From Octopus vulgaris (lineage: Eukaryota), in assembly GCA_951406725.2 (NCBI GenBank), contig OX597816.1:178064001-178128000 (forward strand): DNA of 64,000 bases. Direction: 5' to 3'. Below the pieces are notes generated by a model. That model was not told where the DNA came from, did no database searches, and was given only the letters and a program-made list of their open reading frames with translations. Positions 41,302-53,321 of this stretch are shown here, in pieces (the stretch's first letter is position 1; every line of letters begins with the position of its first letter). The position numbers were made by a program, and so were the translations under genes.

Positions 41302-43335
41302 ATGCATCGAAACTGGCAGTTGGAGGAGCTCCGTCCCTTTATTGAAGGTTGGAATATGAATGAGGTTTCCCCGTGCAACGATCTGATTGCGTCGGCCTTG
41401 AAAAGCTATGGTTATCATAAGTCCAAGGCACAGATCGTTCAAACGAACACGAGTTCATATGCTCCTATGCTCTTGTGAAGCGAACATTACTGACCCCAAA
41501 TACAGCACTGAAAAATATTTTGCGAACACCACTGGCCCCAAAATAAAACTGACAGCACAACAGCTGCAATAAGAATAGTCAAAGCTGGACTGTCGTGATA
41601 AACAGAGGCAGACAAAAAACTGACACAGCCAGGAAAACTGAAGCCCTGATGTCCAAAAGTAACAGGAAAGACAAGAAAAAGGACAGAAGCCCGAAATGCC
41701 AAAAGGAAAAACGAAGAAGCAGATAGAAACTGACAGAGCCCAGGTTGTATGGAGAAACGGGAGAGAGCTGCAGCTTTGCCCATACCTAAACTTACTGGAA
41801 CATCAAGCAGGGAAACCTGAAACAAAACCAGCAAAAGCATAGAGGGAAACCATCAAGCATGGTTCTGCAGACGAGTAGTGCACCGACTGGAAGAAACACG
41901 TCTCAAAAGAATAGGAAAAGAGATCAACGCATGCATTTTGCACCCCTCAAAAGGTAATATGCAGTGGCTATACGAACTGCAGCTATCGAACAACAGTCTT
42001 TTTTGAACATGGCTCAAAAGATAGTACAGTAGCGGACATGGATGCACGGGATGCAAACACAAAGCCATGCATTCTCATGCACAAGGCCGGCTCAGGTGAC
42101 AGGTCCGGGATGGCCACCACTAACACCTACTCTGATGTCGTACCCATATTCCTTCTGAACATTGGAGGTCTGCTACAACTCAGCAACAGAGATAATTTTT
42201 TTATCTAAAAGAGCTTGCTACATGCAATCAAGCAATATGTTTGGCACTCACTGAAACGCATCTAACCCCTAATGAAACAGATGCGGAAGCGCACATGCTG
42301 TACTTGGTACGGACAGAACAGAAAGAAGCCACGGTGGAGTTGCTATGTATATCCAGGAAGATACCACATCTCTCGTATTATTGTTACTTTCAAACTCAAA
42401 CCTTAATAATGCATGAAATAATGCATGAAAAGCAAGCTGGTGTAGCTGTACGCACAATATATCGTCCGCCGATATGATGGAAAATTTGAGGATAGCCTCA
42501 GATACATCAAAGAGGTATTAACAAACTTCGATCAGAACATCAACGTACTTTTCCTGGGTGATTTCAACCTTCCACATGTCAAATGGCCAAAAGGCCACAT
42601 CCTCTCTGGGATATCACTGCATGAACAAAAGCATATAGAGTCATTATTTGAACTGACTAATAAACTGTTCATAGAGCAAGTGATGCTCAGACCTATAAAG
42701 GAAAACAACATATTGTACCTATGCTTCACAAATAATATGGACCTTATCCATAATGTGAACGGCAGGAAGGATAAGTGAACAATTTAAAAGTGTCTTCACT
42801 TCCCCCCTGGGACATGCAGATAAAAAAATCTAGCTGAATTCTTTGATTTTGCAGCTCTAAAAAACAGGCGCCAGCCATTGATTACATCAATATTGCGGAA
42901 ACCGATGTAACAGCGGCCATAGATGAAATGAGCTGATGTTCCGCCACTGGTCCTGATGGCTTCCCAGCTATTCTCCTTAAGTCATGTAAGCAGGCTTTAG
43001 CGAAACCACTTCAGATACTTTTCCGAAATTTCCTTGCAAGTGTTATACTTCCTAAACATCTGGAAGAAGGCATTATATGCCCTATCCACAAAGGTGGAAG
43101 CAGAGCAGAGGCCAAAAGCTACAGGTTAATCTCTCTGACTTCACATATCAATAAAGTCATGGAGCGAATCATCAGAAAGAAGTTGATAATTTTCTTAGAA
43201 GAAAATAACCTACCGAACAATACTCAGCATGGCTTCCATTCAGGAAGAAGCTGCCTCACACAGCTCCTACAGCACTATAACTGAGTTTTGAAATAGCTGT
43301 TTGACCATTCAGATGTCAGTATCATATATTCAGAT
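41302..43335 (+). mobile_element. Decayed CR1-group LINE related to the one at 1-3650 (ORF1, APE, RT N-half), internally deleted
   Basis: ALTETHL, IYRPP, FLGDFNLP, AAIDEM..SATGPDGFPAILLK, QHGF.SGRSCLTQLLQHY; truncated at (TG)n 43338-43428. Confidence 0.88.
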
Positions 43336-43337
43336 GT

Positions 43338-43430
<93 letters not shown>

Positions 43431-43769
43431 CGTGAGACATTCTCTGTGTTTACAGATAGGTAGACACATATCTATACGGAACACAAGTAGATAGATACTT
43501 GTCTTCTGTGAAACGGAACACTAGTAGATAGATAAATACATCGACAGATTGTTAAATCAAAGAGAAATAACCACAGTAAAATTTCGATGTTGCATTTAGT
43601 TTTCGATGCAGAGGAGGAACAAAATGGTAGTGAGAAAGAAAGTGCCAGAGTGAACGTGTGACATTCTTTTTGTGCATTATACATATATGTATAGATATGT
43701 GTAAACTGTAAGTCGGGGATGGGATTTTTTATCTATATATATCTAATTAAACAAATTTTGAAATTGAAA

Positions 43770-44395
43770 TCCATTTCCAAGTAAGTTTTCTTTTAATAAT
43801 TCCGATGCGCACACTACAACCTAACTCTATTCTACCTCACTCTCTTGTTCTTCCTTTCTGTTTTTCTCTCCCACCCTTTCTCTAATTCTTCTCCTCTCTC
43901 CTTCACCGTTCCTCTCTCTCCCTCACTCTTCCTCCTTAACTCGCTCGATGCTCACACGTAAGCAACGGCTATCTATCTTTCTTTCTCACACTTCTTTCCT
44001 AAAGACAAGACGTGCTTTTGCCTGTCTCTTCTCAAAGCTCGTTTCTCCAGCGTTCACAACTTCACCTCGTTATGGCTTAAGTCCTTACCGTTTGTTTTTA
44101 CTGTTTCCTTCTCACTGTCTTGTTTTTGTCACCACTTTAACCCTCTGCAAATCCCAAATTTTAAAAATTTTCTTTGCGAGAACGACTGTTTTAACGAAGT
44201 CGCGTTTTGTTGCTACGTTCGAAACGTGGAGTCGATAAAACAGGGAACAGCTGATGAAGGAAATGTTCTTTATGTTGCATGTCTCGTTTCTCTATTCGTT
44301 TCTTTCGTTGTTCGAAAAAAAGTTAGTTTTCCATGTTTTTGTTTTCTATATTCCTGTTTCTCATTTTGTTCCCGTTTTTTAACGTCCTGCGACAT
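43770..44395 (+). mobile_element. PLE pseudo-LTR-like non-coding element (same family as 33130-33785)
   Basis: Shared blocks ttccaagtaagttttc, aagacgtg, gcgttcac, aaatcccaaatttt, ctgatgaag, tgtctcgttt, acgtcctg. Confidence 0.55.
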
Positions 44396-44500
44396 ATATG
44401 CATGTATATATACATATATATGTAGGTATGTACATATATCTATGTATATATGCATATATATTTATATATGCATATATTTATATATGTTTATATAATATAT

Positions 44501-44985
44501 AATTGCGAACCAAGTGTGGCGTCCTATAAGGGACAGTGCTACTGACGTTTATAGCCCCAGGAAGACACTTCGTTGACAATTATATGTTACGATTCCGCAA
44601 TACTACTGATTATATCGCGTTCAAAAAGTTAATAAATATTTGTTTCTCCTTTTTCTAGATCAGCGACAGTTTGTCGTTGTAAAACGCATATAGTATTTTG
44701 CGAGTGGAATGTGTTTTCATCACTAGCTAGTGAGTAACACACACTGAGGAAGGGTAACCACCCAGAAACTCGAGTCCGTGTATATCATGTAAGGCTACAG
44801 ATGGGAACGATGTCCTTTCGCAAATACAAATCGGACACAGAATGTGTGTCGTTAGCCAGTTGGAAGACATGTGTTTCTGGGGCTATAACACTGTCCCGTA
44901 TAGGACGCCTCATTTAGTTGGCAATTAGGTGTTGCGATTCCGTATTGCTACTGTTTATATCTCACTGAGAGATTTAACATGTATA
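44501..44985 (+). mobile_element. Hammerhead-containing mini-element, 345-nt unit with direct terminal repeat and inverted 5' partial copy
   Basis: 44577-44618 is repeated at 44922-44963; 44501-44568 is inverted relative to 44871-44926; TA-rich flanks. Confidence 0.75.
44739..44781 (+). ncRNA. Minimal type I hammerhead ribozyme
   Basis: ACACA-CTGAGGA-a-GGGT aacc ACCC-a-GAAA-CTCGAG-TC-CGTGT; palindromic stem III, GUC site, one stem I mismatch. Confidence 0.72.
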
Positions 44986-45003
44986 TTATATATATATTAT
45001 ACG

Positions 45004-45078
<75 letters not shown>

Positions 45079-45533
45079 GGAAGATTAAATCCGAATCCAC
45101 AGGAATGAGACATTCAAATTAAAGGTACTAAAGTGAACTTCTCTCAATATTTTATTCATATATATATATAAGTAGCTTTAGAGACAGAGCCACCCTCAAC
45201 TCAATCAACATTGAAATATATTATACCCGACCGAGCCATAAAATATTAAATATGATACTATATTTATTCAGAATCCCATACTTTTCCTTTTAAAGACAAT
45301 ACTTGTTTCATGACAGTATGTCGGTATTGTTGCGATATAAGGTCTCTAGTTTCAATATTGAATTAGATAGACGTACTCCCAATCTTCAGGTCTGGATTCT
45401 ATACATCTATTACTCTATCTATATCGTATATAACTCTATGATAAATGAAATTATTACACTAAAAATCGTTAACATAATTTTACTTTACAAATCAATGAAT
45501 AAAAATAAAAATAATGAATGAACCTTAAAAATT

Positions 45534-45676
45534 GTGTGGGAAGTATCTTGCTAATCACATTGTTCCGGGTCCAGTCCCAATGCGTGGCACCTTGGGCAAG
45601 TGTCTTCTAGTATAGCCTCTGGCCGACCAAAGCCTTGTGAGTGAATTTGGTAGACGAAACCTGAAAGAAGCCCGTC

Positions 45677-45678
<2 letters not shown>
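45534..45678 (+). mobile_element. SINE family A 5' half (3' part resumes at ~48310-48422)
   Basis: Head matches family A up to gaagcccgtcg; the tail accgatagaata...aaatgactgaaacaa lies after the LINE insert. Confidence 0.75.
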
Positions 45679-45727
<49 letters not shown>

Positions 45728-45730
45728 TAC

Positions 45731-45824
<94 letters not shown>

Positions 45825-45827
<3 letters not shown>

Positions 45828-48054
45828 TTTGATACTTTGATACTTTGATAGGTTTCGGCCATTATTGGCCCAGACCATGTCTAACTTAATAGCACCACCT
45901 GGTGAAGTCTTTCAAGTCGGAATTTGGGCACTATGGCCCACTCAAGTAGAGAGTTATTGTTTACAGAGACATATCCGGGTGTAGGGGGTTTATCCGGGAT
46001 TTCTTGAAGGAATCTGTCCAAAGACTTCTTGAACCCTATAGGGTCAGTTTCTGTTTTAATGTGTTTTGGTGTAATGTTAAAGAGAGCGGGGCCAATTGAG
46101 GTGAAATAATTGTGCCGTATTGTTGTTATGAGATGAGAGTGCGATTTTTGTTTTGGGCGGATGGCACGGGGCCCAAGCCTTGGATGTACCTTAAAGGTGA
46201 TGCCAACATCATTTGGGCAATGCTGATGGAATATTTTCCACATCATGCAGATGATGTAGCGCTCACGACGACGTTGGAGAGAATAGAGTTTTAGCTTTTC
46301 TAGTCGACCCCAATAGTCGAGGCCTGTCATGCCATCTATCTTTCTTGTGATTGCCCTTTGAGGTGCTTCAACTTTTATGATACCTTGTATTGTGTGGGGA
46401 GACCACAGTGGACAACAGTATTCAAGGTGGGGTCGGGCAAAAGTGGAGAAGAGAAGGATAATGGTGTGGATATCTCTCGACTGGAAAGTTCTGAGAATCC
46501 AGGAACACATTCTGCGGGCCATGTCAACTTTGGTGTTTATATGAGTGGCCCAGCTTATGTTGTTGTCCACAATTACTCCCAAGTCTCTGATGTTGTTGGA
46601 CGCCGCGAGAGTTTCACCTAAAGGAAGGGAGTATGGGAGTTTCAGGGCATCCTCTTTTCCAAAGTGGATTAACTCAAATTTATCCTCGTTCAGCAGCATA
46701 TTGTTTTTTCTGCCCATTGGATAACAGCCAGTAGATCTGACTGAAGGCATGTTCGGTCACTCGCCTCATTTATGACCTTCTGTAGCTTGGAATCATCTGC
46801 AAAGATTTTTATGTTGCTGTGCTTGATGATGTCATTAATGTCATTAATGTAAATGATGAAAAGAAGTGGGCCCAGCACAGTGCCTTGCGGAACGCCACTA
46901 CTGACTTTGGCTGGGCTTGATTTTACCCCTTCAACTACAACATGTTGAGATCTGTCTGTCAGGAAACACTTGATCCATTTCAGTAACTTTCCAGAGACAC
47001 CAATGTTGGATAGTTTTTTCAATAGGATCTTGTGATCGACCCTGTCGAAGGCCTTACTGAAATCAAGGTAGATGACATCGGTGTTGGAGCCCTCTCCCAA
47101 AGCTCTCAAAATGTCATCAAAGTGATGCAGGAGCTGCGTTAGGCAGTCCCTTCCATTACGGAACCCATGTTGGTTGGAGATCAGCCGTCTGTTGCTTTCC
47201 AGAAATTGGGTTATTCGAGATCTCACCACCCTCTCAAATACCTTGATGATATGAGAGGTGAGTGAGATCGGACGGTAGTTCACTGCAAGGGACTTGTTTC
47301 CCTTTTTGAAAACTGGGACAACAGACTGGGACAGAAGGTTTTTTGGAATATAGCCAGCATCCAGTGAGTTTCTCCACAGATTAGCAAGGGGAGATGCAAG
47401 TTGGTGTCGACACACCTTCAGGACACAAGCAGGGAACCTATCGGGGCCTACTGCTGAATTGTTTTATTTCGTTTATCGCCGCTAAGACATCAGGGGCACT
47501 AAACGTTATGTCCGATATAGTGTGTAGGGGGTTGACATCACTGATACAGCCCAGATCGGCCATATCAGGATTGCTGAAAACAGAGCAGTATTGTTTCTGC
47601 AGTATCTCGGCCATGGATTTGGCATTATCTTGGAGAGTGCCAGTTTCATCAATTAGAGGGCCAACAATGGAGACAGTGACCCTGCGTTTCCTCGCAAATG
47701 AAAAGAACACTTTGGGGTTGAGCTTGATTTTTTCAACGGCCCACTTCTCCTCAGCTGATCTTTGGTTATTGATGAGGGTCTTCATGCATTGTTGGAGGTT
47801 ATATTTTTTGGATTCAAGCAGTGCGATAGCCGTCGAATGTGTGTGTTGCTGTTGGCAGTACTTTAGTTTGTTAATTTTTTTGTTTGTTCTTTTTATTTTT
47901 CTGATAATGGTTTTTCTGTTTTGGGGGATTCTGCACTTTTTGTTCACAGGTCTTGGTGGGGAGTGTTTTGCACATATGTCTGTGACGGTGTCTACAAAGA
48001 TCTGCCAAGATGTTTTATGGTTGGTGGAGATGTGTGTATGTGTAAAGGACCAGT

Positions 48055-48058
<4 letters not shown>
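45825..48058 (-). mobile_element. Young 5'-truncated CR1-group LINE (RT + C-terminus) with 3' hairpin and (TATCAAAG)3 tail, inserted in (TA)n
   Basis: ORFs 47947..47438, 47415..46690 (YRPISLTS, QHGFR, SGVPQG, FADD) and 46750..45881 are joined by two frameshifts; hairpin GGCCA-ATAA-TGGCC precedes the 8-bp tail repeats. Confidence 0.95.
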
Positions 48059-48133
<75 letters not shown>

Positions 48134-48434
48134 AGGGATGACCCTTATTATTTAAATTTAAATAACCATGTTCTCTAACCGGCGGGCTTTGATGCAGAAA
48201 ATTATTTTCTGCAGAGTCACATCCAGCTTTGGCGCACCAAAACGAAGGCATTTGAAATCTACCCCCCAAATACAATGGACAGAATTGTCTGCATGTTCTC
48301 TTTGATGTGTACCGATAGAATAAATATTAGGTTAATAAAGAATAAGATCTAGGTTCGATTTGTTCGACTAAAGGCTGTGCTCCAGCATGGCCCAAGTCAA
48401 ATGACTGAAACAAATAAATGAACATATATATATA

Positions 48435-48506
<72 letters not shown>

Positions 48507-48522
48507 TACTCGTATATATATT

Positions 48523-48840
48523 GACATGAACAATGATGCATCTTTCCAAGTGAATATTGCCAATTTGGTAATAAAATGCAGACGCCTAGCTGGATGGATT
48601 CTCCAAGCTTTCTGAACAAGAGAGAAGGAGACACTGACGGTCCTTTGGAGGACATTCGTCCTCAGCCGCTTGGACTACTGCTCCAAACTATGGTCACCAC
48701 ACAATATAAAGCTAACAGCAGAACTCGAAGCAATTCAAAGAATCTACACTAAGAAGATCATCTCAATGCAACATATCAGCTACTGGGAAAGACTGAAAGT
48801 ATTAAAATTCTTCTCCCTGGAGCGAAGGCGGGAGAGATAT
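48523..48840 (+). mobile_element. CR1-group C-terminal fragment (family of 1-3650 and 41302-43335)
   Basis: MNNDASFQ...KCRRLAGWIL, DYCSKLWSP, SYWERLK..SLERRRERY. Confidence 0.85.
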
Positions 48841-49372
48841 AAGAGGCCTTATGATATTTTTGTAAATGTCTCATTTATATCTATATATTGACCAACCATA
48901 AAGGGCTAATACTGGTAAAATGAGACATACTTATCTACATGGCCGAAACAGCTGTAAGATGTAACCTATACTTATATTTATATTTACTTATATTTATATT
49001 CTCTTTTATATATATTCTACTTATTATACAACATTACTCTTTTATGTACACTTTTTTATGTACATTCCTTTATGTACACTGATTTGTTCTGCTTTTTATA
49101 TTTAACCCTACAGTCTCTTATGTGGTGGTTTAATAAAGTATGTGATTGAGTATTATCTGGTAATTGATATTTGATTTAGATGTATTTCTCCATTTTCTTA
49201 TCTTGTATTAGTAATTTGTGGTAAATCATTTTACCTTTGCCCATATAATACAGTAAATGAATTGATTGCATCGCAATCCTTAACATTTATGTATTAACTT
49301 TGTTGGGTACTTCACTAGCAGTATTTTGGATATATGTTATCCCATGGAGGGTTGCATTTACAACCCCTATCT

Positions 49373-49434
<62 letters not shown>

Positions 49435-50910
49435 ATTATACATTCAAAATCGTAAAATTGTGGTTTCGATTCCTGAACCGAGCAATGCGTTGTATTTTTG
49501 AGCAAAACACTTCATGTCACGTTGCTCCAGTCCACTCAGCTGGCAAAAATGAGTAATTCTCCGACTAATCGGCTTCCCGTCCATCTGGGGGAATATATAC
49601 GCCATGGAAACCTGGAGACCGGTCATTATGATCTTGGCATAGCTCGAGAAGGAAACATTTATTTTTTACAAACAAGCATACACGAATTTGTTTTAAGATG
49701 GAAGTTTTTACTTACTTTTCCCATAAAAGGTACCAAATGATGTTCACAGAGGGAGAACATTTCTATATCTTTAACAATAACCATCTCATCATGATCTTCA
49801 TCAAAAACTGCATCATTTAATATATCTACAAATATTGAAAATAAAAATATAAATAGCGCTACAGGCAGTATAATCTTTAGGCTTCAGAAGCATGGAGAAA
49901 AGAACACGAAATTGAAATTTTAAAACCATTCATTGTAAGTTGAGATTCTGTTATTAAGTAATATATTTAACCAGTTGCAATACTTAAAAGTTATATGTGA
50001 CAATTTGCTTTATTTTGTTTTGGCCGGGGGTGGGGGGTTCTTTGTTTTTGTTTTTCCCGTGCGAGGCAAGCTTTTTTCTGCTTGTTCGTATTCTTTTATT
50101 CATTGCTATATAGTTTGTGAGTCATATTTTGCTGTTTATCTACGTTCATACAGTTTGTGGATCTCTTCATTAAGTGCTGGATTTATTCATAAGCTGGAGA
50201 AGCTAGATTATGGGCCCTTATGGGTAACAAAATGCTGCAAAGGTTTATATATATAATATGAATGGACAATAACAGTACAATACATGCTATATATGTTTCA
50301 ACAGCATGGTAATTTATTTTTAACTGGGGCGTTATGGAATCTGAAATCACCTATCACATTATCAGACATCTGGCATATTAGCAGATGAAATAAAAAATTT
50401 TTCATCAAATTTTGTGGAGCATTCCAGTGTAACTTTTCAATAAGGGGATATTAAATTTTACGGTGTCTAAATTGTCCACTGTCTATATAAATACATATAA
50501 CTGAAAAGATTTAATCGTTTGAAACATATAAACTTTTGAAGCACAATTAAAACATCAAAATTATGTTTAATATGGGAACTATCGTTGCAATTTCAGGGAA
50601 GTTCAAGAATATTCATGTACTTTATGAATCCTTTTCAGGTAGAGTAAGTCAGAAAATATTTGTCTTATATGCTTAAAACACTTTCTGATTGTGATTACTA
50701 ACAATATCTTAGTGCATATATACATACGTTGTATGTTGATTCACTCACAAACTTCCTTCCAAGAACATTGACTAAAATTTTCTTAAGAAAATAAGAAAAT
50801 ACGAAAATGTATTTTCAATGTCATTATTAGCGAAAGCGAAACCGGTCGACAAACACACTACTCTTTCACTTATAAAGTATATTTTAAAATATATTTACGT
50901 AATGTAAACT

Positions 50911-52465
50911 GTATCCATAACTGCATGTCTGCATATGTGCACGCGTGTGTGTTTGTATGTGTCTTTCTCTACGTCAGTGTTTGTGTTGATATTGTCGCAA
51001 AAGATTGTTGTCTGCGTTTATGTCTCGTAACCTATAGCTGCTACAAGTGATTGCTATATATATATATATATTGCATTACAACTCACCACGTGGGGATAAT
51101 CGAAATTCTCTTCCTCCCTTTTCTTACTATATGTGTGGGGGGGATGCGTATGTATGCATATATATATATATAGGTGTGTATATATATATATATACGTGGT
51201 CTGATCAATAAATATCTGGACTGTTGCTTTAGTACCGAAGCTAAAGCACGGTGAGTGAAACCGCTTGGCTCAGATTGACTACTGTGCATGCGCACTAAGT
51301 TTTAACTTTCTAGCTCACTTCCGTTGTTTATATTAGTGCTTGGAAGGAAGGTGTGTAGCGTGTGATCGTCGCACTGACCATGACAGAGAAAGTTGAACTG
51401 AGAATTTGCATCAAATTTTGCCAAAAGCTTGGCCATACCTGCTCAGAGACCTACGCAAAGTTTTCATAAAGTTTTCATCGTTCTCGACACAATCAAGAAG
51501 TGTCTTTTTGGTCAGCTGGAAGCAGTTTTGGAACAAACTTGGCAGACACGCGTCTCATACCCAAATCTTCAGTGATAATGGACTGAACTGAACCGTAGCT
51601 AATCTGCACATCCTCTGATAACTCACGGATGGTGGTTCGACGATTTCCCCTCATAGATACATGTACATCTGCGATGTTTTGCTCAGTTCTGCTAGTCGCG
51701 GGTCTCCCAGAACGTTAGCTAATATCGACATTTTTTCGGCCATCTTGGAAACGTCTGAACTACTCGTACACTTATGTGCGGATCATACACTTTCTGCAAC
51801 CTTGCGTAGGACTCTGAGCAGGTATCGTCATGACAACTTTCTTTGTCGTAGTCAATGCAACTATCACACGCTACACACGTTCCTTCCAAATACTGCTGTA
51901 AACAGCAGAAGCGGGCTAAAACGTTGAAACTTAGAGCGCATGCATAGCAGACTTTAAGGTGGATTTGTGCCAAGCAGCTTCACTCTGCGTGCATTAGCTT
52001 CGTTACTATGGCAACAGTCCGGATACTTATTGATCAGACCTCGTAAGACAAGGAATAAATAATAATCAATACACATTTTATTTATTGCAGGAAATTTGGC
52101 TTGACTTACAGCTGTTTCAAGTAGTTAACTTAATCTGACCATTGATAGGCTGAGAAAAATTGAACGATCTAGAGAATTAATGCTACTTTGATGCGAGTCA
52201 TTCTGTTCTTGTAATAACCAAGCAGAACCCGTAAGGTCATGGTAGAGCAACACCTAGAAGGGGTTTTAGCCAATCACATCAACCCTGTACTTATTTTTAA
52301 AGTTTGGTATATATTTTAGCGATCACTTATTGTAGCAGCTATAGGTTACGAGACATAAACGCAGACAACAATCTTTTGCGACAATATCAACACAAACACT
52401 GACGTAGAGAAAGACACATACAAACACACACGCGTGCACATATGCAGGCATGCAGTCATGGATAC
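50911..52465. repeat. ~145-bp near-identical inverted repeat pair (50911-51056 / 52317-52465)
   Basis: Reverse-complement match of a diverged SINE-A tail segment, including its private substitutions. Confidence 0.88.
51193..52045. mobile_element. Tc1/mariner non-autonomous fold-back derivative made of two 5' ends, TA at both termini
   Basis: TIR TAcg(t/a)ggtctgatcaataa(a/g)tatc(t/c)ggactgttgc at both ends; plus strand MTEKVELRICIKFCQKLG from 51380; minus strand RSGRP...RRTTIRELS...LGMRRVSAKFVPKLL. Confidence 0.88.
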
Positions 52466-52655
52466 ATAGAATCATGGTTACATGTGCCTTCATATATATA
52501 TATATATATATATATACGCATGCTGATATATGACCGACGTTGGACTCCTCGTTCGCATAATCACCGAACCTGGAGCTTAACTATAGTCTATCCATAGCAC
52601 TTACTCAGTATTACCTGACACTTTTGGGTCTTATTGACACCATTACCTCTCATAA

Positions 52656-52700
<45 letters not shown>

Positions 52701-52702
<2 letters not shown>

Positions 52703-53085
52703 TCATCATCATCCTCGTTTAGCGTCCGTTTTCCATGCTAGCATGGGTTGGACGGTTCTACTGGGGTCTGTGAAGCCAGAAGGCTTCATCAGGCCCAGTC
52801 AAATCTGGCAGTGTTTCTACGGCTGGATGCCCTTCCTAACGCCAACCACTCCGTGAGTGTAGTGGGTGCTTTTTACGTGCCACCCGCACAGATGCCAGAC
52901 AGAGCTGGCAAATGGCCACGAATGGATGGTGCTTTTTATGTGCCACCGGCACGAGGGCCAGGCGAGGCTGGCAACGGACACGAAACGGGGCGGTGCTGGC
53001 AACGGTCGCGAAACGGAAGTTTCTCTTACATGCCACCGGCACTGGTAACACATCTGCAATTTCCATTGATCGATTTCGATTCTGA
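52701..53085 (-). mobile_element. SINE-like repeat with (GAT)n tail
   Basis: catcatcatc tail, ggatgcccttcctaacgccaacc block, internal gtgcttttta.gtgccacc repeats. Confidence 0.5.
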
Positions 53086-53101
53086 TCTATATATATATAT
53101 A

Positions 53102-53321
53102 TTTCTTTACTACCCTCAAGGGGCTAAACACAGAGGAGACAAACAAGGACAGACAAAGGGATTAAGTCGATTACATCGACCCCAGTGCGTAACTGGTACT
53201 TAATTTATCGACCCCGAAAGGATGAAAGGCAAAGTCGACCTCGGTGGAATTTGAACTCGGAACGTAACGACAGACGAAATACGGCTACGCATTTCGCCCG
53301 GCGTGCCAGCTCGCCGCCTTC
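53102..53321 (-). mobile_element. SINE family D (gcctttcatcctttcggggtcgataaa central domain)
   Basis: Reverse complement of 60455-60685; further decayed copies near 28200, 32830, 54441, 54690 and 57830. Confidence 0.8.

Noticed and set aside
47394-48155. 253-aa plus-strand ORF
   Set aside because: Antisense shadow of the LINE ORF2 running into (TA)n.
48841-48961. AAGA-GGCC…GGCC-GAAA-CAGCTG-TA half hammerhead (similar halves near 38451, 45300 and 52110)
   Set aside because: The 5' core and stem I are missing or eroded; counted only as relics, not annotated.
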